From: Octopus sinensis
Taxonomy: Eukaryota
Assembly (NCBI RefSeq): GCF_006345805.1
Contig: NW_021832923.1
Location: 1 to 29,514 of the forward strand
Direction of reading: 5' to 3'
Length of the DNA: 29,514 nucleotides
Positions 1 to 12,255 of this stretch are shown here, in pieces. The number at the start of each line of letters is the position of its first letter. Positions within the stretch are counted from its first letter, which is position 1. A program made the translations under genes and the position numbers. The notes beneath the pieces were generated by a model. The model made no database searches. It had not been told where the DNA came from and saw only the letters and a list, made by a program, of their open reading frames with translations.

Positions 1-205
1 CGCGACTATGTTTGTTACCCTTTCATAACTTACAGCAGGTTTTTACGCCCCCCTCCTTAACATTGCAGTTCGGCAAAAGCGGATAATAAAATAAGTACTT
101 GGCTTACAAAGAATAATTCCTGATGTCAATGTATTGGGCTTAAAGGCTTATGATATTGTGCTCCAGCATGGACGCAGGCAAATGACTTCAACAAGTAAAA
201 GAATT
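1..205 (+). mobile_element. 3' tail of tRNA-derived SINE family A (head is outside the window)
   Basis: gttcggcaaaagc...aataagtacttggcttacaaagaataa...gtgctccagcatggacgcaggcaaatgacttcaacaagtaaaaga matches the tails at 14040-14245, 20690-20892 and 21930-22113 and the reverse complement of 8833-9010. Confidence 0.85.
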
Positions 206-297
206 AAAGAAAAAGTATACACATTGATATATGTGTGTGCTTATGTGTGTGTATATATCTAAATGCGTATGAATACATATATAAGTATTTATATACC

Positions 298-344
<47 letters not shown>

Positions 345-877
345 TTGTGTGTGTGTTTGGATGTTTCGCCTCGTACACTTGTGCATGTATTCACATACAT
401 GTAGACACACGCTCACATATACATTCATAATATATATATATATATATATATATATACAAACGTACATACATACACACACTCATATGCACACACACTCATA
501 CACGCACACATATTTGTGCGTGTTGTGTATGTATATATCTTATCTTCATCTTTTATATACCATACTACACCGCATAGCAATCTTCGGCCTAAAATCCTAG
601 ATTGCCACCTATAAAGTCGTTTCGAGTTTAGGTAGAATGCCAGTAGTTGTGTTTTGTGGGGAAGGTGGACTGTCGACTACTTGACTTCAGTACCTCTGAG
701 AAATGAAAGGTAAATGGGAGTTCGACAGGAAGAAACTCAGAAGCGAATAGATAAATCAATTTTTGTTACTTTTCTTTCCCAAGCACACATAACGTTGTTA
801 CACGCATGTAAAATCTATTAGTTAAACATTTGTTTGTCCTGTTCATCCTATATATAGACTTATACATAAACACACAT

Positions 878-1021
878 GCATAGGCGTGGCTATGTGGTAA
901 GAAACGTGCTCCGTAAGCACTTAGATCCAGGTTTAGCTTCGCTGCATGGCAACCTGGGAAAGTTTCTTCTACTATAGCCTCGGTCCGAGCAAAGACTGGT
1001 GAGGGGGTATTGTAGACGGAC
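878..1021 (+). mobile_element. Degenerate SINE family A head (tRNA-like region plus CORE-like segment)
   Basis: ggcgtggctatgtggtaagaa...caggtttagcttcgctgcatggcaacctgggaaagtttcttctactatagcctcgg; homologous to the better-preserved heads at 8676 and 9740. Confidence 0.8.
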
Positions 1022-1594
1022 CCTAAGGAAGTCCTAGATGTCATTTAATATATTGATGGTTCATCTTGATAGTAAGGTCGAACTTATACATCGGAAGATC
1101 TATGAAAATTAACATCCACATCATGTGATGTATTACAATAATGATTGTAGATGTAGGTTTTAGGACTAATGAATGTCCATTACTTGTATATTTGCGCTAT
1201 CAGCCCTATCGTAAGCATTTGAGACAATGATATTCCATTGTCTCACACCCTACCGTCTTAACAACGGAAAGAACACAACACACATTGCAATATATGTAAA
1301 TCGACGGGATGATCACGACGGAAACGCCTCTGATCATAGTCTTCTCGTCAGTGAACAACAAGCATCCTTTCAACCACTGAAATATATTCTGGAAACGAGG
1401 GAAATTCGTCGGTTGGCATTTTAGTAACTCGAGAGATGAGGTCGTGTCTTTGAGCAATATCGCCATCCCAATAATCGATAAAAAAAATGGCGTTTGTTTT
1501 AGAAATGTGTCAAGTAGATAAGAATATCCTCTGGGTGTTGACAGGACATATGAAAAATACCATTTTGGTAATATAATAGAAGTCGAGAATACAT

Positions 1595-1760
1595 AACATC
1601 GTGGTTAAAGGTGCTGCTCTCGATAACAAGTTTGTGATTTCAAATCCTGCAACCGGAGGTGTATTCCGCGCAGAACACTTCATCTCATGTTGCACAGACA
1701 CCATTTCAACATTTGTCGTGTAGGAATGGTGAATAGCTGGAAAATAGATTTATTTTCCAG
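1595..1760 (+). mobile_element. Degenerate tRNA-derived SINE family C (paralogous copies ~4780-4950, 13120-13290, 15770-15930)
   Basis: gtggttaaaggtgctgctctcgataacaag...gatttcaaatcctgcaaccgg...agaacacttcatctcatgttgc aligns to the clearer copy at 10283-10465. Confidence 0.6.
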
Positions 1761-2314
1761 ATATTAAAGAATGTCAGCCAATCACAAACATCAAGGAAAA
1801 TTACTGCCACTCTCGTTTTTAAAAAAAATAGAGAATTATTTCAAACGGGTATTTCATTGTGTATGCTTTTCGGATAGCAGCTGAAACGTGAGAACAAAAA
1901 TCTTTATATGATTCAATAGAATTAGATGGCTAAGAGTTGGAATGACTTTGTGCAAAACTACGATCAGGGCAAACACCAACGTCGACCACAACACCTTAAG
2001 TAAACACAAAAAATCAAACCAACATATGTACCTAAGGTTGGCTTCGTTCTCAGACTTTGTATCACCACACCAAACTCCGTAATTTTCTGCGTCAGTCTTT
2101 CTATCAGTACATGATACAACGCCATATCGTTAGCTGACGAGAGGCATCTCTTAGGAGTAACGCTCAGATCGTTTTGGGGATCCATGAAAATTCAGTGGGT
2201 GTTGCTTCAGTAAAACGCCTAGTAGATAAGAGTGATTCCTGGGTTGCTGTCACACCTACATATGCCATGTACCATGTTTAATAATATATTCTTCTATACA
2301 CACCTGTGTATTAG

Positions 2315-2361
<47 letters not shown>

Positions 2362-2400
2362 ATATATATATATGCGTGTGTGTGTGTATGTATTTATATG

Positions 2401-2464
<64 letters not shown>

Positions 2465-3039
2465 ATGTATATATACTATATATATTATATAAGGATATTA
2501 TTGCTTCCAATAATATCAGGTGGCAAGCATACGTAAAAACAATCCCATAAGGTAAAGCCTCATTAATTAATAATTAAAGGTCCTACAAGCAGCAACAGCA
2601 CACTAAAAATAGCAGCACGAAGAGAGAGAGAGAAAGACAGGAGGAGAGAAAAAGAGAGAGAAAAAGAATGTGTGGAACAGAGAGAGAGGGAAAGAAAATG
2701 AAAGAAATAGAGAAAGAGAGAGAGATAAATCGAATAATAATTAGACAGATAAACAAATAGAAACTTCTATAAATAGATTGATAGATAGTACATACACACA
2801 CACACACACACATACATATATAAATGGTAAAAAAACGCAATAGAAGACAATGAAAGATTCGGACTGTTAGACGATAGAAAGGCGGACAGGAGTAACACCG
2901 ATTAGAAGGACAGGCAAAAAGAGACGGCTCATTCGTGGCTTTCTTTCCTCAGTCAAGTCCCAGAAGTCACGACCATCTCGGGCAGTTACACTTGAGATGG
3001 GTCGATCTGGTTGCCCCCCCTAAAAGTCTCTCTCTCTCC

Positions 3040-3082
<43 letters not shown>

Positions 3083-3709
3083 TATATATCTATATATATA
3101 TATACATGTGTGTGTGTGTGTGTGAGTGTGTGTGTGTGTGTGAGTGTGTGTGTGTGTGTTGTGTATCTGCATGTATTCATTCGTCTTTTCTTCCTCCTCT
3201 CACCAAAAAGGGTTTCAACACCCTCCACCGACCTTCGCTACCCATTCCGTCTACTCCTTGTCCGAATTCTTCATGCAATAATCAACTTGCATTTGTTAAA
3301 ACGAGACATTTGCGTCGTTCAAAATCCGCTTCCCAAGTTTCATAGCACTTGCAAACACTTACTAAATTACGTAGCTGCACCAAGTGGGAAATTCCGTTTT
3401 AACCAGGGAAATATGTACAATTGTTCCGAGTATAAATTATTTGATAAACAAACCACTTGACAAACAGTAGATAAGTAGACATTTAATAATTTTTAATAGA
3501 GAATAAGCGGAATAAGAAGAAACAGGTGACACTGAGAGACCGCCGAGGAGATCATATTATGTGAGACGAAATAATTTAAATAAACTAATGATAATAATAA
3601 TAATAATAATATAATATAATAATAATAATAATAATAACAATAATAATAATAATATAATAATAGTAATAATATAATAATAATAACAATCACAAAATAATAA
3701 TCAATAATA

Positions 3710-3790
3710 ACAGTCGTTCCTACTATAGGCACAAGGCCTGAAATATTTTTGGGGGTGAGTTAGTCGATTACATACCCCTAGTACAGGGGT
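3710..3790 (-). mobile_element. 3' fragment of SINE family B, cut at the duplication junction
   Basis: acagtcgttcctactataggcacaaggcctgaaat...tagtcgattacatacccctagtac has the same start as 7381-7600, then switches at ~3790 to the block found at ~745. Confidence 0.8.
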
Positions 3791-4059
3791 ATGCAAATAG
3801 TGAAATCAATTTTTGTTACTTTTCTTTTAAGATTTCACATTTATACACACACACACATATATATGATTTAATTTTTCCATCTCCCTTTATCTTTCTATAA
3901 CTATGCAACTAAATAGAATAACGTTGTTCCCGACGATCATTTGTTGGTGAGCATTTGGTTCCAAGCAACCATAACGTTGTTACACGCATGTAAAAACTAT
4001 TAGTTAAACATTTGTTTGTCCTGTTCATCCTATATATATACTTATACATAAACACACAT

Positions 4060-4203
4060 GCATAGGCGTGGCTATTTGGTAAGAAACTTGCTCCGCAAGC
4101 ACTTAGATCCAGGTTTAGCTTCGCTGCATGGGTACCTGGGAAAGTGTCTTCTGCTACAGCCTCGGGCCGAGCAAAGACTTGTGAGTGGGTACTGTAGACG
4201 GAC
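4060..4203 (+). mobile_element. Degenerate SINE family A head
   Basis: Paralog of 878-1021 in tandem copy 2. Confidence 0.8.
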
Positions 4204-5567
4204 CCTATGGAAGTCCTAGATGTCATTTAATATATTGATGGTTCATCTTGATAGTAAGGTCGAACTTATACATCGGAAAGATCTATGAAAATTAACATCC
4301 ACATCATGTGATGTATTACAATAATGATTGTAGATGTAGGTTTCAGGACTAATGAATGTCCATTACTTGTATATTTGCGCTATCAGCCCTATCGTAAGCA
4401 TTTGAGACAATGATTTCCATTGTCTCACGCCCTACCGTCTTAACCACGGAAAGAACACAACACCAATTGCAATATATGTAAATCGACGGGATGATCACGA
4501 CGGAAACGCCTCTGATCATAGTCTTCTCATCAGTGAACACAAGCATCCTTTACAACCAACTGAAATATATTCTGGGAAACGAGGGAAATTCGTCGGTTTG
4601 GCATTTTAGTAACTCGAGAGATGAGGTCGTGTCTTTGAGCAGATATCGCCATCCCAATAATCGATAAAAACAATGGCGTTTGTTTTAGAAATGTGTCACG
4701 TAGATAAGAATATTCTCTGGGTGTTACCAGGACATATGAAAAATACCATTTTGGTAATATAATAGAAGTCGAGAATACATAACATCGTGGTTAAAGGTGC
4801 TGCTCTCGATAACAAGGTCGTGATTTCAAATCTTGCAACGGGAGGTGTATTGCGCGCAAAACACTTCATCTCATGTTGCACGGACACCATTTCAACACTT
4901 GACGTATAGGAATGGTGAATAGCTGGAAAATAGATTTATTTTCCAGATATTAAAGAATTTCAGCCAATCACAAACATCAAGGAAAATTACTGCCACTCTC
5001 GTTTTTAAAAAAAATAGAGAATTATTTCAAACGGGTATTTCATTGTGTATGCTTTTCGGATAGCAGCTGAAACGTGAGACAAAAATCTTATATTATTCAA
5101 TAGAATTAGATAGCTAGAGTTGGAATGACTTTATGCAAAACTACGATCAGGGCAAACAACAGCGTCGACCACAACACCCTAAGTAAAATACAAAAAATCA
5201 AACAAACATATGTACCTAAAATTGGCCTCGGTCTCAGACTTTGTATCACCACACCAAACTCCGTAATTTTCTGCGACAGTCTTTCTATCAGTACATGATA
5301 CAACGCCATATCGTTAGCTGACGAGAGGCATCTCTTAGGAGTAACGCTCAGATCGTTTTAGTGGTCCATGAAAATTCAGTGGGTGTTGCTTCAGTAAAAC
5401 GCCTAGTAGATAAGAGTGATTCCTGGGTTGCTGTCACACCTACATATTCCATGTACCATGTTTAATAATATATTCTTCTGTACACACCTGTGTATTAGTG
5501 AATATATATATATATATATATATATATTGTGTGTGTGTGTGGTGTGTGTGTGGTATGTATTTATATG

Positions 5568-5614
<47 letters not shown>

Positions 5615-5631
5615 ATGTATTTATATGCATG

Positions 5632-5664
<33 letters not shown>

Positions 5665-6010
5665 TATATATGTTTATCTATATGTATATATATTTATAAG
5701 GATATTATTGCTTCCAATAATATCAGGTGGCATGCATGCGTAAAAACAATCCCATAAGGTAAAGCCTCATTAATTAATAATTAAAGGTCCTACAAGCAGC
5801 AACAGCACACTAAAAATAGCTGCACGAAGAGAGAGACAGAGAGAGAGAGGAAGAGAGAAAGACAGGAGGAGAGAAAAAGGGAGAGAAAAAGAATGTGTGG
5901 AACACAGAGAGAGGGAAAGAAAATGAAAGAAATAGAGAAAGAGAGAGATAAATCGAATAATAATTAGACAGATAAACAAATAGAAACTTCTATAAATAGA
6001 TTGATTGATA

Positions 6011-6043
<33 letters not shown>

Positions 6044-6790
6044 ATACACACACATACATATATAAATGGTAAAAAAACGCAATAGAACAATGAAAGATTC
6101 GGACTGATAGACGATAGAAAGGCGGACAGGAGAAACACCGATTAGAAGGTCAGGCAAAAAAAGACGGCTCTTTCGTGGCTTTCTTTCCGCAGTCAAGTCC
6201 CAGAAGTCACGACCATCTCGGCCAGTTACACTTGAGATGGGTTTATCTGGTTGCCCCCATAAAAGTCTCTCTCTCTCTCATATATGTATATATATATATA
6301 TATATATTGTGTGTATCTGTGTGTGTGTGTCTTTGTGTGTGTGTGTGTGTGTGTGTTTGTGATGTGTATCTGCGTGTATTCATTCGTCTTTTTTCCTCCT
6401 CTCACCAATAAGGGGTTCAACACCCGCCAACGACCTTCGCTGACCATTCCGTCTACTTCCTGCCCGAATTTTTTATGCAATAATCAACTTGCATTTGTCA
6501 AAAGAGACATTTGCGTCGTTTAAAATCCGCTTCCCAAGTTTCTTAGCACTTGCAAACACTTACTAAATTACGTAGCTGCACCAAGTGGGAAATTCCGTTT
6601 TAACCAGGGAAATATGTACAATTGTTCCGAGTATAAATTATTTGATAAACAATCCACTTGACAAACAGTAGATAAGTAGACATTTAATAATTTTTAATCG
6701 AGAATAAGTGGAATAAGAAGAAACAGGTGGAGCAGACTGACGCCCAGGAGATCATATTATGTGAGACGAAAGAATTTAAATAAACTAATG

Positions 6791-6849
<59 letters not shown>

Positions 6850-6850
<1 letters not shown>

Positions 6851-7312
6851 TTGATATGACTGTCCCAATCGATATTAACGTATCTGTTAAGAGCTACCAA
6901 AAACTGAGCAAATATAAAGATCTTGAAATAGAAATCAGCAAAATGTGGAAGCTGAAGACTAAAACAATACCTGTTGTCATAGGTGCCCTGGGAATGATAG
7001 CGAAAGGGGCTGACTGCTACCTAACTCAGATACCAGGAAACCACAAAATGGCAGAAATTCAAAAGATAGTGCTCATGGGAACTGCTCATATCCTACGCAA
7101 AATACTCTCTATGTAATCCCAAGGTTTAAAACAAACTTTTTTTTTATTTATTTATTATTATTTTTTTATGTATTAGACATTCACTAGTACAACACCCAAA
7201 AAAAAAAAAAAAACCAAATATATGGCTCAGAACTTCCAACCTGTTGTCTCTTGAGGTCTCTGGGTGAGACTTGGAGCCAACTTGTACAGACATAAAGCAA
7301 AAGTCAAACATA

Positions 7313-7313
<1 letters not shown>
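6850..7313 (+). mobile_element. 5'-truncated RLE-type non-LTR retrotransposon (R4/Dong- or HERO-like): endonuclease C-terminus plus 3' UTR
   Basis: Frame IDMTVP-N-K-QKLSKYKDLEIEISKMW-IPVVIGALG-GTAHILRKILS* (6850-7116) is the typical end of a restriction-like endonuclease domain. A ~200 nt 3' UTR follows, and (AAT)n flanks both sides. Confidence 0.88.
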
Positions 7314-7349
<36 letters not shown>

Positions 7350-7380
7350 CACAATCACAATAATAATAATAACAATAATA

Positions 7381-7600
7381 ACAGTCGTTCCAACTATAGG
7401 CACAAGGCCTGAAATCTTTTTGGGAGTGAGTTAGTCGATTACATAGCCCCTAGTACAGAACTGGTATTTAATTTATAGACATCGAAATGATGAAATGCGA
7501 AGTTGACCTCGGGGGAATTTGAACTCAGAAACTAATGATGGATGAAATACCACCAAGCATTTTGCCCGGCGTGCTAACGATTCTGCCAGCTCTCCGCTTT
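7381..7600 (-). mobile_element. tRNA-derived SINE family B (MetaSINE-like core), near full length
   Basis: The minus strand reads gcggagagctggcagaatcgttagcacgccgggc (A-box-like) ... gagttcaaattcc (B box) ... gaggtcaacttcgcatttcatc ... aggccttgtgcctatagttggaacgactgt, then a (TTA)n tail. The core assignment is from memory. Confidence 0.82.
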
Positions 7601-7658
7601 AATAATAATAACAATAATAATAATAATAATAGTAATAATAATAATAACAATAATAATA

Positions 7659-7694
<36 letters not shown>

Positions 7695-7824
7695 CAATAA
7701 CAATAATAATAACAATAATAATGAAAATAATATATATAATAATAATAAAAATATAATAATAATAACAATAATAATGAAAATAATAATAATAATAATAATA
7801 TAATAATAATAATAAAATAATGTC

Positions 7825-7955
7825 TACTTGAAGCACATGGACAAGTCCATTACATCGATCCCAGTGTGTAACTGGTACTGAATTTATCGTCACCGAAAGG
7901 ATGAAAGGCAAAGTCAACCTCGGCGGAATTTGAACTCAGAACGTAGTGAGAGGCG
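7825..7955 (-). mobile_element. SINE family B fragment
   Basis: ccagtgtgtaactggtac...gaaaggatgaaaggcaaagtcaacctcggcggaatttgaactcagaacg is the reverse complement of the family B core and B box. Confidence 0.8.
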
Positions 7956-7974
7956 AAATATCAAATTCTTTACT

Positions 7975-8225
7975 ACCCACAAGGGCAAATAAGGACAGAC
8001 AAACGGATTGAGTCGATTATATCAACCCCAGTGCGTAACTGGTACTTATTTAATCGACTCCGAAATGATGAAAGGCAAAGTCAACCTCGGCGGAATTAGA
8101 ACTCAGAACGTAACCACAGACGAAATCCTCCTAAGCGTTTCGCCTGACGTGCTAACGTTTCTGCCAGCTCACCGCCTTTTGGCAGACGAAATACTTCTAA
8201 GCGTTTCGCCCAGCGTACCAATGAT
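7975..8225 (-). mobile_element. SINE family B copy with a locally duplicated head segment
   Basis: Same core plus the head cgtgctaacgtttctgccagctcaccgcc. The segment cagacgaaat..ctaagcgtttcgcc occurs twice (~8118 and ~8184). Confidence 0.8.
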
Positions 8226-8391
8226 AACAACAACAACAACGACAACAACAATAATAATAAAGTGAAGATCAAATATATATTGCGTGTGTTTTCATTGGCA
8301 ACAGACGACCATCTCCAAATAGAAGAATTTCTGTTTTAACACCCAATTTCAAAAATGCATGAACGAAATAATATTAAATATTAAGTAGAAA

Positions 8392-8530
8392 TATTCCGCC
8401 GAGGTTGTCTTTGCCTTTTATCCTTTCGGGGTCGATGAAATCAATATCAGTTATGTACTGGGGTCGATGCAATCAACTTACTCCCTCTCCCGAAATTGCT
8501 GGTGTTGTGCCAAAATTTGAAATCAATGTG
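8392..8530 (+). mobile_element. SINE family B fragment (plus strand)
   Basis: ttccgccgaggttgtctttgccttttatcctttcggggtcgat...tactggggtcgat...gtgttgtgccaaaatttgaaa is the family B core and tail in the opposite orientation to its neighbours. Confidence 0.8.
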
Positions 8531-8675
8531 TAGGAGAAATAAAACAAAACACAGCATTACTCACTAATGGACACCATGTAAATGGTTTTAGCAAATTATA
8601 AAGTGAACGGCTTGGAGAGTGTCTCATCTTTATGCGTGTTTCCTTGGATTGAATCTGTGTAGGGGGGCATGTTTA

Positions 8676-8830
8676 GGCGCGGCTGTGTGGTTAGATGCTT
8701 GCTTCCAAATCTGGTTTCGGGTTCATTTCCACTGCGTGGCACACTACGCACATGTCTTCTACTGTAGCCATTGGACTCTCAAAATCTTCTGGAGTGGATT
8801 TGGTAGATGGAAACTGAAAGAAGCCCATCG
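8676..8830 (+). mobile_element. SINE family A head, interrupted by an opposite-orientation copy; its tail resumes at ~9200-9350
   Basis: ggcgcggctgtgtggttagatgcttgcttcc...cgggttcatttccactgcgtggcac...gagtggatttggtagatggaaactgaaagaagccc. Tail-like ttggtgtgtttacgttccggtaacttag...ataaaataagtaacaggctt lies at ~9240-9310. Confidence 0.82.
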
Positions 8831-8832
8831 TG

Positions 8833-9196
8833 ACTATTCTTTTACTTGTTTCAGTCATTTGACTGCAGCCATGTTGGAGCTCCGCCTTTAGTCGAACAAA
8901 TCGACCCTAGGACTTAATCATTGTAAGCCTTGTACTTATTGTATCAGTTTCTCTTCCAGAACCGCTAGGTTAAAGGGACGTAAGGACACCAACATCGGTT
9001 GTCAGGGGATGGTGGAGGGACAAATATAGACACACAAATACACACACACACACATACGACGGGCTCATTTGTGTTTCCATCTATGAAATCCACTCACAAG
9101 GATTTGGTCGGCCCTAGGCTATAGCAGAAGACACTCAGCCAAGGTGTCACGCAGTGGGACCGAATCCGGAACCATGTGTTTCTTACCATACAGCCT
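8833..9196 (-). mobile_element. Near full-length SINE family A
   Basis: The minus strand reads ggctgtatggtaagaaacacatggttccggattcggtcccactgcgtgacacc... (GT)n ... ggcggagctccaacatggctgcagtcaaatgactgaaacaagtaaaaga. Confidence 0.88.
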
Positions 9197-9739
9197 CTCC
9201 TACAAGTATGTCTGCCTGGGTATATGTATATATGAACTGTGTTGGTGTGTTTACGTTCCGGTAACTTAGAGTTTCACCGAAATACTCCGATAAAATAAGT
9301 AACAGGCTTAAAAAATTAAGTACAGAATTAGTTCGACTCAAAACTTCTCAAACCAGTGGCATCTTTATATATACACATAATCCTTTCCGAGCCATGTTCG
9401 TTGAAGCAATTGTTCGTTACACAAGTAATTGAAGCACATACAAATAGAAGAAATCCGTTTCATGCCACTCCCCAAAGCCACATAAAAGTATATATTATAC
9501 CTTAACTTTCATACAAAAGAAAATCATTTAAAAGGTCGTATGTAGTGTGACTGTTCAGTTTGGTTTACCACTAAAACACCGGCTTGAACAGAAAAATGTG
9601 GTGCAGAAATTGTGTATCAAAGGTGATATGAAGTGGTTGATCATTGAGCGGAGGGACATAAATTATAACAGATAATGATCAAGGAAAACATTTAGCGTTA
9701 TTCAAGGACATTTATTTTATAATTTATAATATAAGTATA

Positions 9740-9878
9740 GGTGCTGGAGTGGCTGTTTAGTAAGTAGCGTGCTTACCAATCACATGGTTCGGGGTTCAGT
9801 CCAACTGCGTGGCACCTTGGGAAAATGTGTTCTACTATAGCCTCGGTGCGACCAAAGCCTTTTTGGTGGATCTAGAAG
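9740..9878 (+). mobile_element. SINE family A head
   Basis: ggagtggctgtttagtaag...catggttcggggttcagtccaactgcgtggcaccttgggaaaatgtgttctactatagcctcgg; shows A- and B-box-like motifs and a CCTTGGG-AA CORE-like motif. Confidence 0.85.
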
Positions 9879-9914
9879 ACATGGTTGCTAATGTTGGAAT
9901 AAACAAAAATTAAG

Positions 9915-11095
9915 TTGGTTATAGTTGGAATGCCCTTGTGCAAAATTACGAACGGTGCAAACAATAACGTCGACCACAACACCCTAAGTAAAACACAAAT
10001 AACAAACAAACAAAGATATGTACCTAATATTTGCCTCGTTCTCAGACTTTGTATCACCACACCAAACTCCGCAATTTTCTGCGTCAGACTTTCTATCATT
10101 ACATGATACAACGCCATATCTTTAGCTGACAAGAGACATCTCTTAGGGGTAACGCTCAGATCTTTTTGGGGTTCCATGAAAATTCAGTGGGTGTTGCTTC
10201 AGGAAAACGCCTAGTAGATAAGAAGGATTTCTGGGATGCTGTCACGCCTACAGATGTCATGTGCCATGTTTAATAATATAATTGGTGTCCAAGGCGTATG
10301 ACCACGCTGTTAATGGTGCTGCATTCGCGATAACGAGATCGCGGTTTCAATTCCCGGAGCGGGAGTTGTATTGCGTTCTTAAGCAAAACACCTCATCTCA
10401 TATTACTTTGCGTCGTGCAGGAATGGTGAATTGCTGGAAAATTGATTTATTTTCCGGATATTAAAATACATCGAATCGCATACATCGACAGAAACTACTG
10501 ACACCGCTGTTAAAAAATAAAACACACACGTAACGGGTAATAACAAATGTGTACTTCGGTCAGTACTCTTATCCGATACAAGCCGCAAAATGAGACAATA
10601 AACTTTCATGAGGTAATAGAATATTCAGATAAGTGGAGAAACCCTATTTAATTTCTGTAAAAAATTAAAATTAAAGTCTTATTTGGAACCGGCATTATCG
10701 AGGAAAGTCAATCTTTGCTATTTTCCTGTTAAGATTTAAAATAATTTTTATAACACTAATATCTACACTGGCGAAATAAAATTTAAGACCGATGATAATA
10801 GTCCTATATCTAAAAAATATCTTGTTACTAACACCATACCTATATTTTACACATTATGCAGAATATATTTCTCTTTCGAATGATGCAGACAATAACTACT
10901 TTTATACAACTTGAAGAATGCATGAAAGTACTCGTTAAATCACAGTGGATATTTGATATTCTATCACTTCATTATGTTATCTTATCTTATCATATATTAT
11001 TATAAGATTGTAAATAAATCATGAAAATCAAAGTTGGAATATCTTTCAGTAATGTATTCTTCCATACACAATCATACACACCTGTGTATTAGTGA

Positions 11096-11145
<50 letters not shown>

Positions 11146-11432
11146 ATATTATTGCTTATAATAATATCAAGTGGCAAGTATGCGTAGAAAAATCCCATAA
11201 GGTAAAGCATCATTAATTAATAATTAAAGGTCCTACTAACATTAACAACACGAAGAGAGAGAGAGAGAATGAGAGAAAGAGAGAAGGAGAGAAAAAGAGT
11301 GAGAAAAAGAAAGTGTGGAACACAGAGAGAGAGAGAAAGAAAAAAGAAAGAAATAGAGAAAGAGAGAGATAAATCGAAGAATAATTAGACAGATAAACAA
11401 ATAGAAACATCTATAAATAGATTGACAGATAG

Positions 11433-11463
<31 letters not shown>

Positions 11464-11667
11464 AATGGTAAAAAACGCAATAGAAGACAATAAAAGATTC
11501 GGACTGATAGACGATAGAAAGGCGGACAGGAGAAACACCGATTAGAAGGACAGGCAAAAAAAGACGGCTCATTCGGGGCTTTCTTTCCTCAGTCAAGTCC
11601 CAGAAGTCACAACCATCTCGGGCAGTTAAACTTGTGATGGTCCGATCTGGTTGCCCCGCACTGAAAG

Positions 11668-11746
<79 letters not shown>

Positions 11747-12147
11747 TATGTTATCATTACCTTTCTACGTGTATTTTATATTTTAATTCTGTAAATATAT
11801 TTCTAATATACTTATTTATACATACATACATACATATGTGTGTGTGGTATATATATATATATATATACAAACACACACACACACACACATATATGTGTGT
11901 GTTGTGTTTGTGCGTGTATTCATTCAAACAATTACTAAATTACGTAGCTGCACCAAGTGGGAAATTCCGTTTTAACCAGGGAAATATGTACAATTGTTCC
12001 GGGTATAAATTATTTGATAAACAATCCACTTGACAATCAGTAGATAAGTAGACATTATTTTTAATATGAAATAAGCGGGATAAGAAGAAATAGGCGTAGC
12101 AGAGAGTCGCTGAGGTGATAGTATATGAGACGAAAGAATTTAAACTA

Positions 12148-12150
<3 letters not shown>
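9915..12150. repeat. Third, longer paralog of the 1936-3590 / 5119-6790 segment
   Basis: Same three blocks in the same order, with ~770 extra nt (10280-11053) between the first two and a deletion at the start of the third. Confidence 0.88.
10283..10465 (+). mobile_element. tRNA-derived SINE family C, best-preserved copy
   Basis: aaggcgtatgaccacgctgttaatggtgctgcattcgcgataacgagatcgcggtttcaattcccggagcggg...gttcttaagcaaaacacctcatctc; B-box-like ggtttcaattcc followed by a TCTT-AGCAA-ACAC CORE-like motif. Confidence 0.7.
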
Positions 12151-12190
<40 letters not shown>

Positions 12191-12218
12191 GAAGAAGAAG
12201 AAGAAGAATAACAATAAC

Positions 12219-12253
<35 letters not shown>

Positions 12254-12255
<2 letters not shown>

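Larger units (their letters stand above)
745..7460. repeat. Head-to-tail tandem duplication, period ~3.2 kb (copy 1 ~745-3790, copy 2 ~3795-7460)
   Basis: Landmarks are offset by ~3180-3240 nt: SINE head 878/4060, gttggaatgac 1936/5119, caagtcccagaag ~2955/~6195, gtataaattatttg ~3430/~6630. Copy 2 carries an extra RLE insertion at 6850-7313. Confidence 0.93.

Noticed and set aside
2050-2282. Plus frame with an in-frame TGA conserved in all three paralogs (…QRHIVS*REASL…), considered as possible selenocysteine
   Set aside because: The copies share recent ancestry, the differences in this frame are mostly non-synonymous, and no SECIS-like element or selenoprotein motif was seen.
3106-3460. Protein-like plus frames (PPLTKKGFNTLHRPS…RRSKSASQVS; 149-aa ORF 3011-3460)
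   Set aside because: They start inside microsatellites, the paralog at 6365-6650 is frameshifted, the third paralog has the segment deleted, and no family was recognised.
3900-3990. Signal-peptide-like MQLNRITLF…IC start in the sevenfold block
   Set aside because: In-frame TGA and TAA follow within 25 codons in the copies examined, and there is no consistent splice donor to escape them.
8676-10465. tRNA-like sequences with A/B boxes
   Set aside because: They run into SINE bodies and no complete cloverleaf was seen; they are SINE heads, not tRNA genes.
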